62,293 nt of DNA, filler included, from Basidiobolus ranarum (GCA_040143965.1; 7 parts of 7 records of this genome joined end to end with filler, not necessarily neighbours in it); one strand, 5' to 3'. Positions 1-13,135 are shown, numbered from the whole stretch's first letter. The notes: generated by a model not told the origin, from the sequence alone. Translations and numbers: made by a program.

Positions 1-109
1 TTGACAAAACTATAAATGTCAACTTTCTACTCAATAAATCAATAAGTGAAAACCACCAATTCCTCTAATTCTCCAAACCACTTCCAACAGGCTCCCAAAT
101 ACTTTAACA
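1..109 (+). mobile_element. 3' part of copia family-A LTR (cut by window start)
   Basis: Ends ...CCAACAGGCTCCCAAATACTTTAACA, matching the 3' end of the LTR at 36134-36480. Confidence 0.9.
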
Positions 110-477
110 AAGAAAACAATGCAAAACTATCTGAAGCCAAAGTTCTACTCCTGGTTAAAAAAGAACAAAGCACCTTGAGCACAATTTGTCCTAATGTTAA
201 AGACAAATTGCTAATTCAATGTTGAAAAGCCAAAACTGCCAAGAAGGTATGGAAAGCCTTGGAAGGCATCTACCAAACATGTTCTGCTGCCAACAAGATG
301 TTTCTAAGAAGATAATTCTTTAACTTAAAGATGAAGCTAGGAGAAGTTTTTAAGTCACTAATCCATAGAGTCACTATTTTAGTGGATAAAAGGAATGCAC
401 AGAGTACCTACTAGTGATCAGGATATCATAGTTATAGTCCTAAAAAGCCAGCCACATGAGTTTCTGAGCCTAATAAT
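110..477 (+). pseudogene. Degenerate copia gag (UBN2-type) fragment; PBS and gag start deleted
   Basis: Colinear with the gag at about 19650-20010 on the minus strand (AKKVWKALE...SAANKMFLRR); contains in-frame stops. Confidence 0.8.
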
Positions 478-798
478 TGTTGAAATTTGCATTGCCTAAA
501 TACATATCTAGTCATAGATAGCTGATTATTTAGTTATCTAATATTTCAGCAAGATATTACCTGTTATTCTCTATAGGAGTTTTCTTGGAAATTCTCAAAT
601 ATATGAATTTTTGTGCAAGAAGCCCCAAACCTTGCACACATGTTCCTGGGACCTTTATTAACACATCCTATGCATATCTTGTCTACATCTTGACAGAACT
701 ATAAATGTCAACTTTCAACTCAATAAATCAATAAGTGAAAACCACCAGTTCCTCTAATTCTCCAAACCACTTCCAACAGGCTCCTAAATACTTTAACA
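478..798 (+). mobile_element. Copia family-A LTR
   Basis: TGTTGAAA...TTTAACA termini; matches the other copies throughout. Confidence 0.9.
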
Positions 799-1089
799 GT
801 TTTTATTAATTGATTTATTGAGCAGAAAGTTGATATTTAAAGTCTTTTTGGGATTTAAACAAACTAACATAAAGAATGTGTTAATAAAGGTCTCAGGAAC
901 ATATAGGCAAAGTTTGGGGCTTCTAGCATAAGCTTGAAAAATCCATATATCTAAGAACATCTAAGTTGGTAAGAATATATAAGTAAGTTGCAATATTGAA
1001 TTATGAGTAATATCTTAGTTCAATATAGGGATACTAAGTACTAAGCTATATATGACTACATAGGTATTTAGGCAATGCTAATTTCAACA
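799..1089 (-). mobile_element. Copia family-A LTR, inverted, 3'-truncated
   Basis: Reverse complement of the LTR, ending GGCAATGCTAATTTCAACA on the + strand. Confidence 0.85.
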
Positions 1090-2028
1090 CTTAAAATGTT
1101 TGTGCAAGTTTTGGTAATAATTTGCCAAATGGAATCGGTTATGTATTTTAAGATAATCCAAATTATGTCTACGATTCAACTGATGATGCTAGTTTCCATC
1201 AGACGTGGTTCCTTTGATACCGTATGATGTATGAGTAAGGAATGAATAAAAGAAAAGAAACTTAAGTAAAGAATGGTGTATGAGTTTAAGTGACATCAAA
1301 GCATGTTTTCAATACATCAACATATATATCCAGATAACAAAAAGTTACCAAATTCAAGTGGAAAACCCAACAATGCTCCAGTGAACAATCACTAAGTTAC
1401 AGATTATCCGATACACGAGGATTTTGTATTGAATTTGAAACACTAAGAAATAGCTACTATGCTAATACATACTTAGTATTGATGATTTTTTTATCAAAGT
1501 CCACTACCTAGCGAATATTCCAAACATTAACATACGTCTACACTACTTTGATGCACCACACTCTTTTCCATAATTCGACCAAGTGCCACATCATAAAATC
1601 GAATAGAACTTCTACTTATACTCTCCTTGGTTTTAGGGTTAGATCAATTACTATATGGGTGAGTAAATTATGACTTTGAAGATTACACGATTGGATTTGG
1701 ATTATATACAACTATTACTATGCATCTAGATACGTCATCCATATGTGTATCTAATGAATTGTACCCAGATAGAGAGTGAATATTGTTTCGCGTATTCAGA
1801 GCTTCAACCAAATTCTTAAATCAAGTACAACTACGATACAAATGGTTAAAATGACGGGTTTATTGAGTGGTAACTAAATGCCATGATAAGTATGAGTGAT
1901 TTACATAAGTTTACCAGTCATCATACAGAAGTTGAAATGCTAACGTTGAAGTGAGAGAGTGGGGGGGGGGTAAGTGATGACCTCGAATGAGCGAGGGAAT
2001 TGTGAGATTCTATGCAGATTGGGATGAT

Positions 2029-3613
2029 TTAAGAAGAAGCGGATGCAACTTTAGGTTCCTTCTTGGTATCAAAGAGGGCTTTGATGTTCTCAGTGCTCAA
2101 AGACTTGGGGCGTTCAATGGGCATACCCAAGGCACGATCCCAAATAAGTTGAGAAAGGACACCAAGACCACGGGAGACACCGAAGAGAACAGTGTAGAAG
2201 TCTTGTTCAACCAAACCGTAATGTTGAAGGAGGACACCAGAGTGAGCATCAACGTTGGGCCATGGGTTCTTGGTCTTACCGTGTTCAGTAAGAACTTCAG
2301 GAACAATCTTGTATAATTGACTGACCAACTTGAAGGTAGGATCGTTAGGCAAATGCTTCAAGGCGAACTCACGTTGGCAAGAGTAACGAGGATCAGTCTT
2401 ACGAAGGACGGCATGACCATATCCGGGTACGACACGTCCAGATTTAAGGGTCTTCCAAACGTAATCTCTGATGGTATCATCAGAAACATCGGCAGAACCG
2501 AGTTCCTTGCGCATCTCTAAGATCCAACGTAAGACTTCTTGGTTAGCAAGACCGTGAAGAGGTCCGGCAAGACCGTTGAGACCAGAGGCAAATGAAAGAT
2601 AAGGATCGGAGAGGGCAGAACCAACCAAGTGGGTGGTGTGAGCACTGACGTTACCACCTTCGTGATCAGTGTGAATGGTAAGGTACAAACGCATCAATTC
2701 AACAAATTCTTTGTTGTCACCGAAGCCCAAAACGTTAGCCATGTTGTGGCCATAATCGGTGTTGGGGTTAAGGGCAGGAAGCTTTCCATCCTTGAAGACG
2801 TTTTGGTAGATACGTCCGGCAATGTTGGGAAGCTTGGCAATCAAGTTCATGGAATCCTCATAGGTATATTCCCAGTACTTGGACTTGTGAATACCTTGGT
2901 GATAAGCCTTAGCGAAGGTAGATTCGCTTTGGAGAGCGGTAACAGCCAAAGAGAATTGAGTCATAGGATGGACGTTCTTGGGGAGGTTGTCCAAAAGGTC
3001 CTCGACAAACTTGGGGATGTCGGCACGAGAAGCCCATTCAGTTGAAAGTTCGTTGACTTGCTGTTGAGTGGGGATCTCACCAGTTACCAAAAGCCAGAAG
3101 AGAGCTTCAGGGAGGGGCTCCTCGCCACCAGGGGCAGCTGGAAGGCTCTTTTGGCATTCGGGGATGGTCATACCACGGAAACGGATACCCTCTTCAGGGT
3201 CCAAAACGGAACCCTCCCAGATAAGACCCTTGATGCCTCTCATACCACCATAAACCATATCAACAGTAACATCGCCCAAAACCTTGGAACCATGTTCTTT
3301 CTTGATTCTCTTAACTTCTTCTTGCTTTTCGGGGATAAGCTCGCTAAGACGATCTTTCAAACTCTATTGTTTATAGCAAAGGTTAGTTATCGGAGCATGA
3401 TTAAACCATCGGAATAAAATGGAATTTTACCGAGTTGGCAGGAGTAGAGTAAGCACGAACAACTCCGACAGTAGTAGCGGCCAACTGACGACGAGCAGAA
3501 AGCTAATGAATAAAAGACTCGGGGGTAAGTAATCGTAGACACATTGTTATACAAAAATAGCAAATTGTATCAACCTTAAGGAAAGAAGAAACAGAGGAGC
3601 GGAGGAGAGACAT
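2029..3613 (-). CDS. CIT1: Mitochondrial citrate synthase, about 481 aa; exons 3613-3575, 3502-3431, 3363-2029
   Basis: [33 protein letters not shown] and WPNVDAHSG motifs. Two phase-0 GT-AG introns join an Arg/Ser-rich presequence ([22 protein letters not shown]...). Confidence 0.97.
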
Positions 3614-4010
3614 TATGAATTAAGCAATAAACCCTGAGTAGTGAGAAAATGCGAGCTTCGTGAGTTTTAGCAGTTGGGTTGAGGTGTATTTATACTGAAG
3701 ATCCAACCAGTCAAAGATTTTTCGATCAAAGAGCGAATTAAATAGCAGTGATAAATTTAGTTTATCATTTCAATTTGATTATTACCAAAGCTGGGGTAAC
3801 TCGTCAACCTACCGTGCTCTTTAATAAAACCAGCATTTAGATTAACATTGATTAAATCAACCCGAAAGGAAATGGTCAAGAAAAGCGCTTTACATGTGGA
3901 TAAATGAGTGTAACAGTACAATCACATTATCTCGAGTGCCCCAGAGGTGGGTGGCAGTCCATCCATTGATATGCCGAGTGTTGTCCGAGTACAGTGCGAT
4001 GTAATAGGAT

Positions 4011-4073
4011 TAAACTAACCTATTGCTAGACTAAAATGACCTATTGCTAGACTAAACTGACCTATTGCTAGAT
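4011..4073. repeat. Tandem 21-bp repeat x3 (TAAA(C/A)T(G/A)ACCTATTGCTAGA(C/T))
   Basis: Directly visible upstream of citrate synthase. Confidence 0.85.
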
Positions 4074-4378
4074 TAACCATTACCTGATCACTTAATACTA
4101 GATCAACCATTAGCTGTGGTTAAAGCGTAAAGCGTGATTGAAAATAAAAAACTTATCAAATTTAGCTAAATATGTGCGAGTTAAAAAAAACCCATCAGGT
4201 GAGCATACTTCGGCTAATTTACCACGGTTAAATGAGATGTGTATATATGCGTATATGTGCGTATATAGAATAGCCAATCTGAATATCAATATCTCCGTCT
4301 TCTACAGCGCTACTTGGACATTACTCTTACCGCCTATCCATCCCTCAGACCACTCACTTGTCAACATTATTACCTGCC

Positions 4379-4421
4379 AATTCACACACCAACTAATTCA
4401 CACACCAACTAATTCACACAC
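4379..4421. repeat. Tandem 16-bp repeat, about 2.7 copies (AATTCACACACCAACT)
   Basis: Directly visible. Confidence 0.8.
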
Positions 4422-5849
4422 TAGCCAAACGGAGAGAGCGCTCCTTTGAACTTCTATATGGACTTGTCCAACACCTGTCAAAATTTAACATCTGCCAACG
4501 ATGGAACCTCTGTTGACAGGTCCGATTTAGGTTATGTAATTCCATTCCCAATGTGGGGAAATTCCATTGAAATATAGAATTGGAACCAATCACCATCGCT
4601 TTACATCAATCATTACAACAAGATGACGGTTGACCTCAAGAGGTGAGAGTTGGGGAAGAATAAGTGGAACGGAGGGTGAGTTGGAATTCAGGTTGGTTCG
4701 GGTTCGGGCTCAATCTCGGTTAAATGAAGTTTTCGTGTCAAAGTCACGGCAAGTACATGTGCCTCTTAGGTAATAGATAATGTAAGTGGAATACTCGTGG
4801 AATACTCGTATAATGTAAGGCGATGGAGCCATGTGATATTCATATCATCCGGTCTCGTATGTTTCCCATCCAAATGCCGAATTTCTCACTAAGTCTAAAC
4901 TCTACTTGTATTCCACTTGTGATTTATTTTACAATACACTATATATCCATATATAGCCCCACTCAAGCAAGCCAGTAATTGGGATTGTCGAATTATTCAC
5001 ATCATCCTCCCGCTGTTTATTACTGCTGTTTATTACTGTCATTTATCACTGCTGTTTATTTCTTCGAATCAATGGTTGGTTAATCCTCTAATCAATCCTT
5101 AGTTGATCTTCATACTTTCCTTTCGTTTTATGTAATCTCTGACTCGGGTGTTTGCGTGATAAGTTCGGGTGCTTCCGGACTGGGAGATAGTTACCGTGGT
5201 AAATGAGGTCAAAGATAAGAAATCTATTCTAGATCATAGCGTTTCTTACCTGTCCTGTGGTTGGATATTTCAAGGAAACGTGAGGGCCTATACACCAATC
5301 AGTTGGGAAGATATCGAATGATATAACCGATAGCTGCCTCTTTTGCTTGTATTCCTATTTTATATAATTCTTATCTCCGAATCTCTATTGAGTGATCATC
5401 TCCTCTTTGAGTGGAATCAACTGTTATATGGCTTTCTCAGACCTGTGACTATTGTGTAACCCAAACTTGACATTAATCGGATATAGAACCTCTGCAATTA
5501 GTGTGGCTTTTTACAAAACATGTGTAATGCTACTGTTATTATGTAATCACAACATTGTTAATAACTAATATACTTTCAGAGGCACCTTGCCAATTAATCA
5601 ATTAGTCTATCAACATATAGTTTTACACAAGAGTATACTATGTGCCAGATCATATATGTGAAATTTCATATATTCTATGATGCATATCTGTCTTCTTTAC
5701 CCTGTACTTGGTCTTGTTTCTAGCTATTTCTTCCACAAACACCTTCATTTACTCTATGAATGCCTTGTGACTTCAAAAGTACTGGATACAAGTTATGAAA
5801 GACAAAATGGCTAAATTGTATACCCTCGTGGAGCATAATAATGCGAAGA

Positions 5850-6179
5850 TGTTGAAGTATTTTGGGAGTCTGTTGGCACTGGTTTGATGAAATAGAGAAA
5901 TTGGTGGTTTTCATTTGTTGATTTATTGAGTATTCAGTTGACATTTATAGTTTTGTCAAGATGCAAACAAAATAACGTGTAGAATATGTTAAGGAAGGTC
6001 CCAGAAACATATGTGCAAAGTTTAGGGCTTCTAGCACAAGTTATCAAAATCTATATATCTTCAAATTTCTAAGTAAACTCCTCATGAGAATAATGGGTAA
6101 TATCTTGGTGAAATATAGGATAACTAAACACTAAGCTAGATATGACTATATAGATGTTCACACTATGCTTGTTTCAGCA
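5850..6179 (-). mobile_element. Diverged solo LTR, copia family A
   Basis: About 330 bp colinear with the LTR reverse complement; no internal domain adjacent; no clean TSD. Confidence 0.85.
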
Positions 6180-7255
6180 ATTGCATCCAAGTTATGTGCT
6201 AATGACCAACCTAAATAGATACTTGAATAGAAGGACAGGTGGCAACGATGAGGTGTTTTCTACTAGAGTCAAGAGGGCTTCATATTTAACTGCTGGCAGG
6301 GCAACAATGACTTTTTATATTTTCCAGTTATCAAGCTTTCTCAATGTTTATTTCGGGAATATTTTGATTAGTTATCGTTTAATACTTGAAAATGATGACC
6401 TTGATATATTTGCTTGGGTTATAGATCAAAGTATCATAGCTATGAGGTAGTTAATATATAGAGACAGAGACAACAAATTGATGAAGGTAATAAACTTCAA
6501 CAATTTCAAAACCGTAGCATACTTGTCTTATCATCATATAATTGCTTAAAAGAAGTACTGATATTGTTGCATTAATGTGGAATCAAGTAAAAATATAAAT
6601 AATAAAAAGTGAATATATTGACTAATATCATCACTAGGCTTACATTGCTTTGGACTGCATATGTAGTCATAAGATGAACTGCAAATTGATAAGCCAAGGT
6701 ATTCCTATATTCATACCAACAATTCCAAAAAGTTCGAAGTAACGTTAGAAAATGCATTTTACTAAAAGAATAATACCCAAAAGTCATGATCTCAGAGCTC
6801 ACTTAATTGCCAAGTATATCACCAAAAATATGATCCATGTTATCATACTACATGCATTAGTTACTTAGAAGCAAATAAATTATTGCTAAAATATATGATA
6901 TAAAGTAATACCAGCCTTGTGATTTTAACGATAAAAATGTGCATAAAAAAAGTGAATCAGCGTATTACTTAAAAACGCACCTATTCATAGAGAGAATATA
7001 TACTATACTGGCCACTATAATAAAAATAATTTAGTACGAAGTTCATATGCTTGGATATAGCCTTTAACACAGTTTGGTGCTAAGATTATATAATAGTGCA
7101 ATCGATAAACTAAGTTACGTTCTGAAAGTAGAATTCAAGTCTAACGATTGCCGAAAGCTTTTATCGTCGTTTTTATTACAGAAGAAAAGAAATAAGAAAC
7201 CGAGCAATATATGGCGAAAGCAAATGCATAAAATAAAACTATCACAAGTGTACAT

Positions 7256-7813
7256 TTAGTGGGAACCACGGCCTCTGCTCATTCCACCACGACCACCTCG
7301 TCCCCTGGCTATTAAGTTTCCAAAGAAGGGTGTTAATATATATCCATTATCTTAATAACTTTGAAATATTACCTTGAGCTCGGGCAACGGTTGCTTTACC
7401 ACGTCCTAGTCCTATTCCCCTTCCCTTAAGCGCACCAGGTCCTGCCTTCTTGAACATTGGTGCATTCTTGAGCATGTCTGGAACAATGAAATATCTTACG
7501 TGAGAGCCACGAATATATACTTGCTCTAATTGAGATACACGTCCATCTCTAGCTGTTACAGTAATCTCTCTGAGTTGGCAATTCATGTTATCTTCCACTA
7601 TAATATTGAGAAATTACGATCACATAGATTTAACGAGCCGAGTAAAGTTTGTAAATAAGTTAGATCTAGGAAGATTAGAGAAATGGAGACAAATTGGGGG
7701 AAAAGCGAACCTTCGAAGAGTTTTCCACGATAAACATATCCGGTCTTCAGTTCTATCGTAATGATATGACCTTGTGCTTCGTGGAGTAGTTTGATGGGGA
7801 CGCCAATGGACAT
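7256..7813 (-). CDS. SMD3: snRNP core protein Sm D3; exons 7813-7711, 7597-7373, 7308-7256
   Basis: [16 protein letters not shown]...[37 protein letters not shown] and an RG-rich tail; splice phases are consistent. Confidence 0.97.
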
Positions 7814-8266
7814 GTTGTGCAAAGATTAGTCAAGTAAAAAGAGGTGACAAAGAAACAACCTAAATTATAACTAAATGTCGCGTACAAATTGTTTACCTCT
7901 ATCAGGGATTTTTTTACTAAGATTTCATTGCATACGAGCTCAGGTGAAAACATTTTTTCTTTATATCCGTATAGAAATAGACTTGTTCAATACGTAGCTT
8001 AAAGGTTGGTTAACTTGGCAGTGTGATTAAATATCTTAAATATTTCGATCATTAGTATATTATTCAGATTCTACACTAGTTCAAACATTTTCCAAATATA
8101 CGTGTCATTGAATTGATGATCCTCGAGTTTCTGTGAAGTTTGCATCCAAATACATCAATCAACCTATCAATTTTGACTTGTATCCAAGTAGCGCCTTTTC
8201 TTTTAACCAGTCTTTTGAGTAGTAGTCTTAACTTGGAGATTATAGTTTCTTCTAATTTAGTGTAGC

Positions 8267-8834
8267 ATGAACTCTCAGCAGCAACCATACAGCCAACCTG
8301 GGAGTCCGCACTCTAACAACGGTTATCCCACTCAGCGGCCTCCTAATGGTCCTCCAAACATGACAAGCCCACCCACTTCTGGCATGATGCGTCCTCCCAA
8401 TTCTTTTGTTTCTCGTCCTAACTCGCCTCCGCAACCTGGTATGCGCCCTCATGCTGGTCAATTCCCACCAGGAGCTAGACCACCTGTCTTGGGGAGCCCA
8501 AACCAACTACCATCTGGACAACGCCCTCCTATGGGCATCCCTCGTCCAGGACTTCCCATGCAACGTCCACCTGCCAATCATTCAGGTACATAAATATTTT
8601 TATCGGATAATCTTTAACTTTTATTCACCTGCCAGTATTATTTCCATATAGCTCAGGGTGTTCCTCGTCCTCAGCAACCTATGCAGAATTCTGGCGGCCC
8701 TCATCAACAGAATGCTATGAATCAACCTAATATACCTCCTAGTAATCCAAATACAATGAGTGGACGTCCGCATTTGCCAGTTCAATATCCTGGTATGCCC
8801 ACCTCTCAGCCACAGTATGGCCTCCCTCCTCACC
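8267..8834 (+). CDS. 5' part of a gene with a Pro/Gln/Gly-rich low-complexity N-terminus (possibly COPII Sec24-type); truncated by spacer
   Basis: ATG-initiated ORF divergent from SmD3, with an intron at about 8587-8651 that keeps the frame. Product guessed from composition only. Confidence 0.6.
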
Positions 8835-8934
8835 NNNNNNNNNNNNNNNNNNNNNNNNNNNNNNNNNNNNNNNNNNNNTTAATTAATTAANNNNNNNNNN
8901 NNNNNNNNNNNNNNNNNNNNNNNNNNNNNNNNNN
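8835..8934. other. Artificial contig spacer N44-TTAATTAATTAA-N44
   Basis: The same 100-nt spacer occurs at 17764-17863, 26692-26791, 35598-35697, 44502-44601 and 53405-53504; it has stop codons in all six frames. Confidence 0.98.
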
Positions 8935-10016
8935 AATCTCCAAGAGCTTGGAATAGCAAGATAGATGCTTTTTTGGAAACACTCAAATTCCAAAAGAGTA
9001 ATGCTGACTATAGTATCTACTTCAGGCCAGATAAGACAAACCCAGCTTAATTAGCCTTGTATGTACAAAACCTTATCATAGCAATCAATCACTTGAAGAC
9101 TTTGGAGAAAACCAAATTCAGCTTATATGCCAAATTCAAAATGACTGATTGAGGTGAACTGATATACTATCATGGAATCTAAATTAAGATAGATAGGACT
9201 ACCAAAACAATAACCTTAAACCAGTCCAAGTATATCCTAGATATACTAAAGAAGTTTAAAATAGAAGAATGTAATTTAGTATATGCACATATTCTGGATC
9301 AAAGTTTGACTTGATGGGATGTTCAGATGCAAATTGGGGAAGAGATATTAAAGACAGGAGATCTACAACAGGATACTTATTTCTTTGCTGTATTGGAGCT
9401 AATTCTTTAAATTCAAAGAAACAACCTATCATAGCACTTTCAACAATAGTAGCAATATACATGGCTGCCTGTTAAGCAACAAAAGAAGCAATAAGGCTAA
9501 AAAACTCCTAACAGACCTAGGTTATTCTCAAAATTCACCAACAAAAATACTTTAAGATAATCAAAGTTGCATCAAGTTAGCTAAAAATCCCACAATTCAT
9601 AATAGAAGCATATATATAGGTATTAGATATTACTTCATTAGAGAGGCTATAGAGAAAAAGTTTATTGACTTGACTTACTGTTTAATGGAAGGCATGATTG
9701 CTTATACATTAACCAACCCATTAGCTAGACAGAAATTTGAGAACTTTAGACCTTCCTTTGAATTAACTTATATAACTATTTAGTTGAGGGAGATTGTTGA
9801 CATTAATGGTGCCTATTTTTTCAAACTTGTGCTAGAAGCCCTAAACTTTGCACACATGTTCCTGGGACTTTCCTTAACAAATTCTACATGTTAGTTTGTT
9901 TATATCTGGAAAATACTATAAATGTCAACTTTTGTACTCAATGTATCAACAAGTAAAAACATCCAATTTCACTACTTCTCCAAACCACTTCCAACAGGCT
10001 CCCAAATACTCTAACA
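8935..10016 (+). mobile_element. 3' end of a degenerate copia family-A element: RT/RNase H, PPT and an internally deleted 3' LTR (9795-10016)
   Basis: Remnants of PRAWN, SDANWGRD...RRSTTGY, SKKQP..ALST and LARQKFE; purine tract AGTTGAGGGAGA precedes TGTTGA. Confidence 0.9.
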
Positions 10017-11657
10017 TGCTCTTCTTTGTATTTGGATATTGTTCTTGAGAAAGTTGTCATAATCTGGAATACATAACTTGGCTCTCTTGCATGCTGTTGG
10101 CCAATATTGGGCCCTGGTAAAATTGAATGGTCATTTAGGAATTGGCTTATAGAAATAGGGTTTGTGTCACCCACATCTTGTACTTTTTCTACTGCTGTTC
10201 TTTGATTTTCAGGTGATGGTGATTGAAGGCCTGCAGTAGACTATTCATTTGATGTCTGGGTGGTTGCAGGAGGTGATTATCTAACAGTCAAATTAGTTAG
10301 ATGGCTACTTTTTTCCAACTGTTGTTGGACATAGTTATATATCTATGAGAACTAATATTTGAATTTAAACTTGAAATATATTTCTGCACTTGTCCCAAAG
10401 ATTTTTAGGAATTTTTTCAATTTTTTATATTTATATCATGATACATAACTATTAAATGAGGACTGATGCAAGCCATCAGAGGAATAAAACTCTTACACTC
10501 CATCCATAAGCACACTGACTTGATCAGGTGTTAGATGCTCACTTGCCAGCCCTAATGCCAGCATTCTCTCCCACTCCCAGAGTGCTCCATGTATAACCCA
10601 ATATTGGGGAATGCTTTTATGAAGGAGCAAAAGCTGATGAATTTTGTTAGTTATCTCAACTCTGTTCCTAAATAGAACTATAGAATTGTAGAAATTTTGA
10701 TGCCTATTTGCAGTTAGTCATTCTGCAGTGCCCAGTGCATGAGTGATTTGATTCCTACCAGATGTTTCCAAGTTTTGGGACTGTTAGTTTGTTGTTATCC
10801 CACTTCAAATACTACCTTTGCCCCTTCTAGTAGGGAGATTTGGGAAGTGATTTTGATATTTGCATGGCATGAAACTTACTGATCCTTCTAATTACTCTTT
10901 TTTGCAAATAAATTCCTATAATTACATAGCTGTGGCAGCTATGATGCCCACTTTATCATATCAGCTATCATACTTAGCTATGATCTTAACTCTTGTCTTT
11001 AATCAATAATATGCTTGATAACCATTACTTTGTCAGCAGTTATGATAAGGTATAGCCACTATAGTTCTCTGAAGTAATTGAAATGTGCAATGGCTTGTCT
11101 ATAATCACTATGTTAATCATTGGCAGTCATTAATGCCATCCTATTATAGTGAATATAATAATTATGTAACTTCAAATATTTGCTGGTTTGAGAACATCTA
11201 TACCTTAAAGTGTTTCTTGTATTTGTAGTGTATTATAATATTTTCAATCTTTGTAACTTGGATGAAGGAACAAAAGTTATGGCAAGGACATTTTACTACA
11301 CATACCAAAGTGAGTAAGTTTTTAAAAAGTTATTCATATTTGTAGTGTGCATTGAATGATACACAATCTTCTTAACTCTGGTGAAGTCAGAGATGAAATA
11401 TGTAGACATAGTATGTTTTGTGCAAACACTAAAGGTAAGCTTAGAACCCTTGAATTATTTCTTAACTTAAAAAAGCAAAGTCAATAAATCCCTCACTATT
11501 TTGCTCTTAAATTAGAAACACTTGCATGTTGCAGATTGGCTGTGGGAAAAAAATTCAGAAAAATTATCCAGTAATCATCTAGGAAATATGTATCAAAGTA
11601 GTAGTTTATTCAATGGAGGTTATCTATAGCTGGAAAGCTTTATGCAAGTAAATTGAA

Positions 11658-12002
11658 TTATTGAACAGTAGCAACAACTTTGATGCCATCTTCAAGACAT
11701 ACAATTGCGCGAATGTTCAATCCCAATGCCGTAATGCTGGCATTGATATCAGGGGAACATTGTGTGCTCGGGGTTGGTACCATAGCCGTAGGCAACTGCT
11801 CCTCTCTCCTAAGGCAAATAACCGTAGTGACTTTCACAGTCAAAATATTGATCTGAGCGTTAATATCATCACAAGTACCAGGAGTGGGTGGGGTACTAGT
11901 AGACCCAGCGTTGGCATTTACCACTGCATTCAACGGTAATGGAGCAGCAATGATGGAGAAAATGGCGCATAAAACAACTAATAGAGCAAGTACAAAACGC
12001 AT
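11658..12002 (-). CDS. Small secreted protein (114 aa) with two Cys-bracketed repeats
   Basis: Signal peptide MRFVLALLVVLCAIFSIIA-APL; repeats CDDINAQINILTVKVTTVICL and CSPDINASITALGLNIRAIVCL; TATA-like TATAAATA about 50 nt upstream. Confidence 0.8.
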   Translation of the reverse strand: MRFVLALLVVLCAIFSIIAAPLPLNAVVNANAGSTSTPPTPGTCDDINAQINILTVKVTTVICLRREEQLPTAMVPTPSTQCSPDINASITALGLNIRAIVCLEDGIKVVATVQ

Positions 12003-12584
12003 GATTGGTATTTAGATAATGAATGGCAGAGACCACTTCACTTTGCTATTTATACCAACTTTACTCAACTTCGAGACGTAACATATAGGTGCTCCCTACC
12101 TACGATAGATGAGAAAGGAAATGTATTACACCGATATAATAATTCAACAATGTATGTACCTACTTTAAATGCAGTTCCCGGCAATTGAGGATATGCCTAC
12201 TTTTATCTTTCAGCATGTATTACCTAAGTAGCTCGATAACGATTTAATAGGGATATGCAATTCGGTACATCCCTCTACTCAATGGGTCTTGTACAGATTG
12301 CCAAACTCTTACCCTTATCAGAGATAAGTTGTTAATGTTTACTGCTCATAGCTTCTATGAAAGATCTTGATGATCTTTTTTTTGCGATCATGCAGACTCC
12401 TGCGTTCCGTAGTTTTCACGATGATGATACGCGGCTCTACTATGTGTGAAAATTGGATTAAAGATATTGCTGTTTACTATATGTAGCTATTTCTGTAGGC
12501 TGTGACTTTTATAGTCTATGTTGACTTATTTAATATGAGTAATAAGCTCGTGGTAAAACTAGCAATGATTTATTTTAGCAATCC

Positions 12585-13135
12585 TTAAGGAAGAAACTCT
12601 TCTGGAGAAATATTTCCAGGGGTCTTTCCGTTCATTTTCCTGAAATTGATGGAGTAAGTGTTATCCTTGAAAGTCACAAGCTGGTACCTAAAGCCATCCA
12701 ATTTTTCGGCCTCTCGAAGCTTCTCCCAGTCTACCAAATTGACTCGTATCCATGTACTAGCTCCACAACAGCTATATTTGTAGTCACGGGTAATCACTCC
12801 AGAGGAAAAGGTAATCAAGGCGCATTCTTGCTCATAGATGGCATTTAGAACAGTTGCCGCACCTGCATCTAGTGATACTAATAAGGTAAAAGATAAGCGT
12901 TGCAAGATTTAGTTCGGTCTTCATGACGACAATATTGCGCTTATAGTACCAATAATGACTACTAACCCGCACAACACCGATCTAGCAATTAGGTTGGACT
13001 ACCACAAAATCGATAGTGGTATCATATTTGTTGTATAACGTCATGGATGTGGAGACTGTCAACCTACAGTTTTAACATCGAGAGTCTTGAACAAACTTCC
13101 TTAGTAGTAGCAAAAAAAACTAGCAAATAAAACAT
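12585..13135 (-). pseudogene. Probable disrupted multi-exon gene of unknown function
   Basis: Coding-like last exon (about 12585-12875) and putative upstream exons with a hydrophobic start (MFYLLVFFA), but an in-frame TAG and a phase conflict. Confidence 0.3.

Noticed and set aside
1987-3417. Several + strand ORFs overlapping citrate synthase
   Set aside because: Antisense shadows of a highly biased coding strand; no motifs.
4011-4073. Short repeats resembling a CRISPR array
   Set aside because: No unique spacers, eukaryotic context, no cas genes.
5221-5260. TTCTTACCTG resembling the U1 snRNA 5' end
   Set aside because: Does not match ATACTTACCTG, and no U1 stem-loops or Sm site follow.
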